The notes below the pieces were generated by a model, which saw only the letters and a list, made by a program, of their open reading frames with translations, had not been told where the DNA came from and searched no databases. This document shows, piece by piece, positions 12,843 through 13,104 of a stretch of DNA of 13,104 nucleotides (position 1 is the first letter of the stretch; every line of letters begins with the position of its first letter). The stretch covers positions 1 to 13,104 of the forward strand of contig JAGBNX010000012.1 in the NCBI GenBank assembly GCA_017634155.1, read 5' to 3'. The DNA is from Clostridia bacterium (lineage in GTDB: Bacteria; Bacillota; Clostridia; Oscillospirales; Acutalibacteraceae). A program made the position numbers and the translations under genes.

Positions 12843-13104
12843 GACTTGAGTTGTAGGATCGAGATTACGCTCAAGTTCTTTGTTATTTGTTATATTTATT
12901 GTGTTGCTATTTTTTGCAGCCAAAATTGGCACAACAGGAGTTCCCAATAAACTTTCAAGAGTACAAAAATCGATACCAGTTAGTCTATTAAACAAAGTAG
13001 TCTTTCTGGTCATTGGTATTGCCTGCAAGATGATAAACTCGTAAATTTTTATATTTATTATTTTTGTTATTAATCGTGATTAGCTCTTTCATACGAGTCC
13101 CAGG
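12843..13104 (-). pseudogene. feoB: Decayed, internally deleted and re-ordered second copy of feoB (5' part) plus a feoA fragment; runs off the window
   Basis: Nucleotide blocks match the intact locus. 12843-12900 matches 10418-10483. 12903-12975 matches 10275-10348. 12976-13077 matches 10645-10752. 13078-13092 matches 10752-10769 (feoA 3' end). 13092-13104 matches 10873-10886 (internal feoA). The start codon is ATG->ACG (13075-13077). A 1-nt insertion in the P-loop region (13002-13020 versus 10681-10698) leads to a premature TAA. Confidence 0.85.
12844..12890 (+). terminator. Hairpin plus T-rich tract downstream of folE (low-confidence terminator)
   Basis: ACTTGAG (12844-12850) pairs with CTCAAGT (12870-12876), and inner GTA/TAC pairing is also possible. 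TCTTTGTTATTTGTTATATTTATT follows. The sequence lies inside the feoB remnant. Confidence 0.25.

Noticed and set aside
12708-13028. A 106-aa ORF that looks like a small GTPase fragment (..TTLFNRLTG..GTPVVPILAAKN..).
   Set aside because: It is a chance open frame across re-ordered fragments of the decayed feoB copy, and it runs antisense into the 3' end of folE. The true feoB frame has lost its ATG and is frameshifted in the P-loop.
1-13104. A scan for CRISPR arrays, tRNA/rRNA genes, transposases, integrases and long terminal inverted repeats.
   Set aside because: There are no regularly spaced direct repeats and no tRNA-like GC-rich cloverleaf segments (no GGTTCGAATCC-type T-arm). No ORF has recognisable DDE, tyrosine-recombinase or serine-recombinase motifs.

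Overview
This is a visibly AT-rich bacterial chromosomal window. It uses the standard genetic code (TGA is a stop, Trp is TGG), its genes are led by Shine-Dalgarno (SD) sites, and TTG/GTG starts are frequent. Together with the gene decay noted below, this suggests a reduced or host-associated genome, but I cannot assign a taxon from the sequence. Layout: a plus-strand uncharacterised P-loop NTPase (246-1253) converges on a long minus-strand block. Read in transcription order, that block is feoA-feoB (10991-8740), an orphan signal-peptide/TM protein (8560-7730), metG (7657-6011), then a head-to-tail array of four divergent paralogs: P1 4668-5933, P2 3554-4681, P3 2387-3529, and a frameshifted P4 1406-2396. 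Divergent from feoA lies queC-queD-folE on the plus strand (about 11246-12826). After it comes a second feoB/feoA copy on the minus strand (12843-13104) that is decayed, internally deleted and re-ordered, and runs off the window. The main item of interest is the paralog array. Each copy has a conserved charged N-terminal module, one TM helix, a polar linker, and a globular region framed by a Gln-x4-Cys box and a His...Asp box. That ordering matches a papain-fold, USP-like catalytic arrangement. The region between the two boxes is highly diversified. I do not recognise this as a named family, and the peptidase/deubiquitinase-like reading is inferred from motifs only. Secondary items are: signs of gene conversion and duplication scars inside the array, a frameshift right after the catalytic Cys codon of P4, que genes with substituted catalytic motifs and no queE in the window, and the scrambled feoAB remnant. 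I found no rRNA, tRNA, CRISPR array, transposase or integrase.
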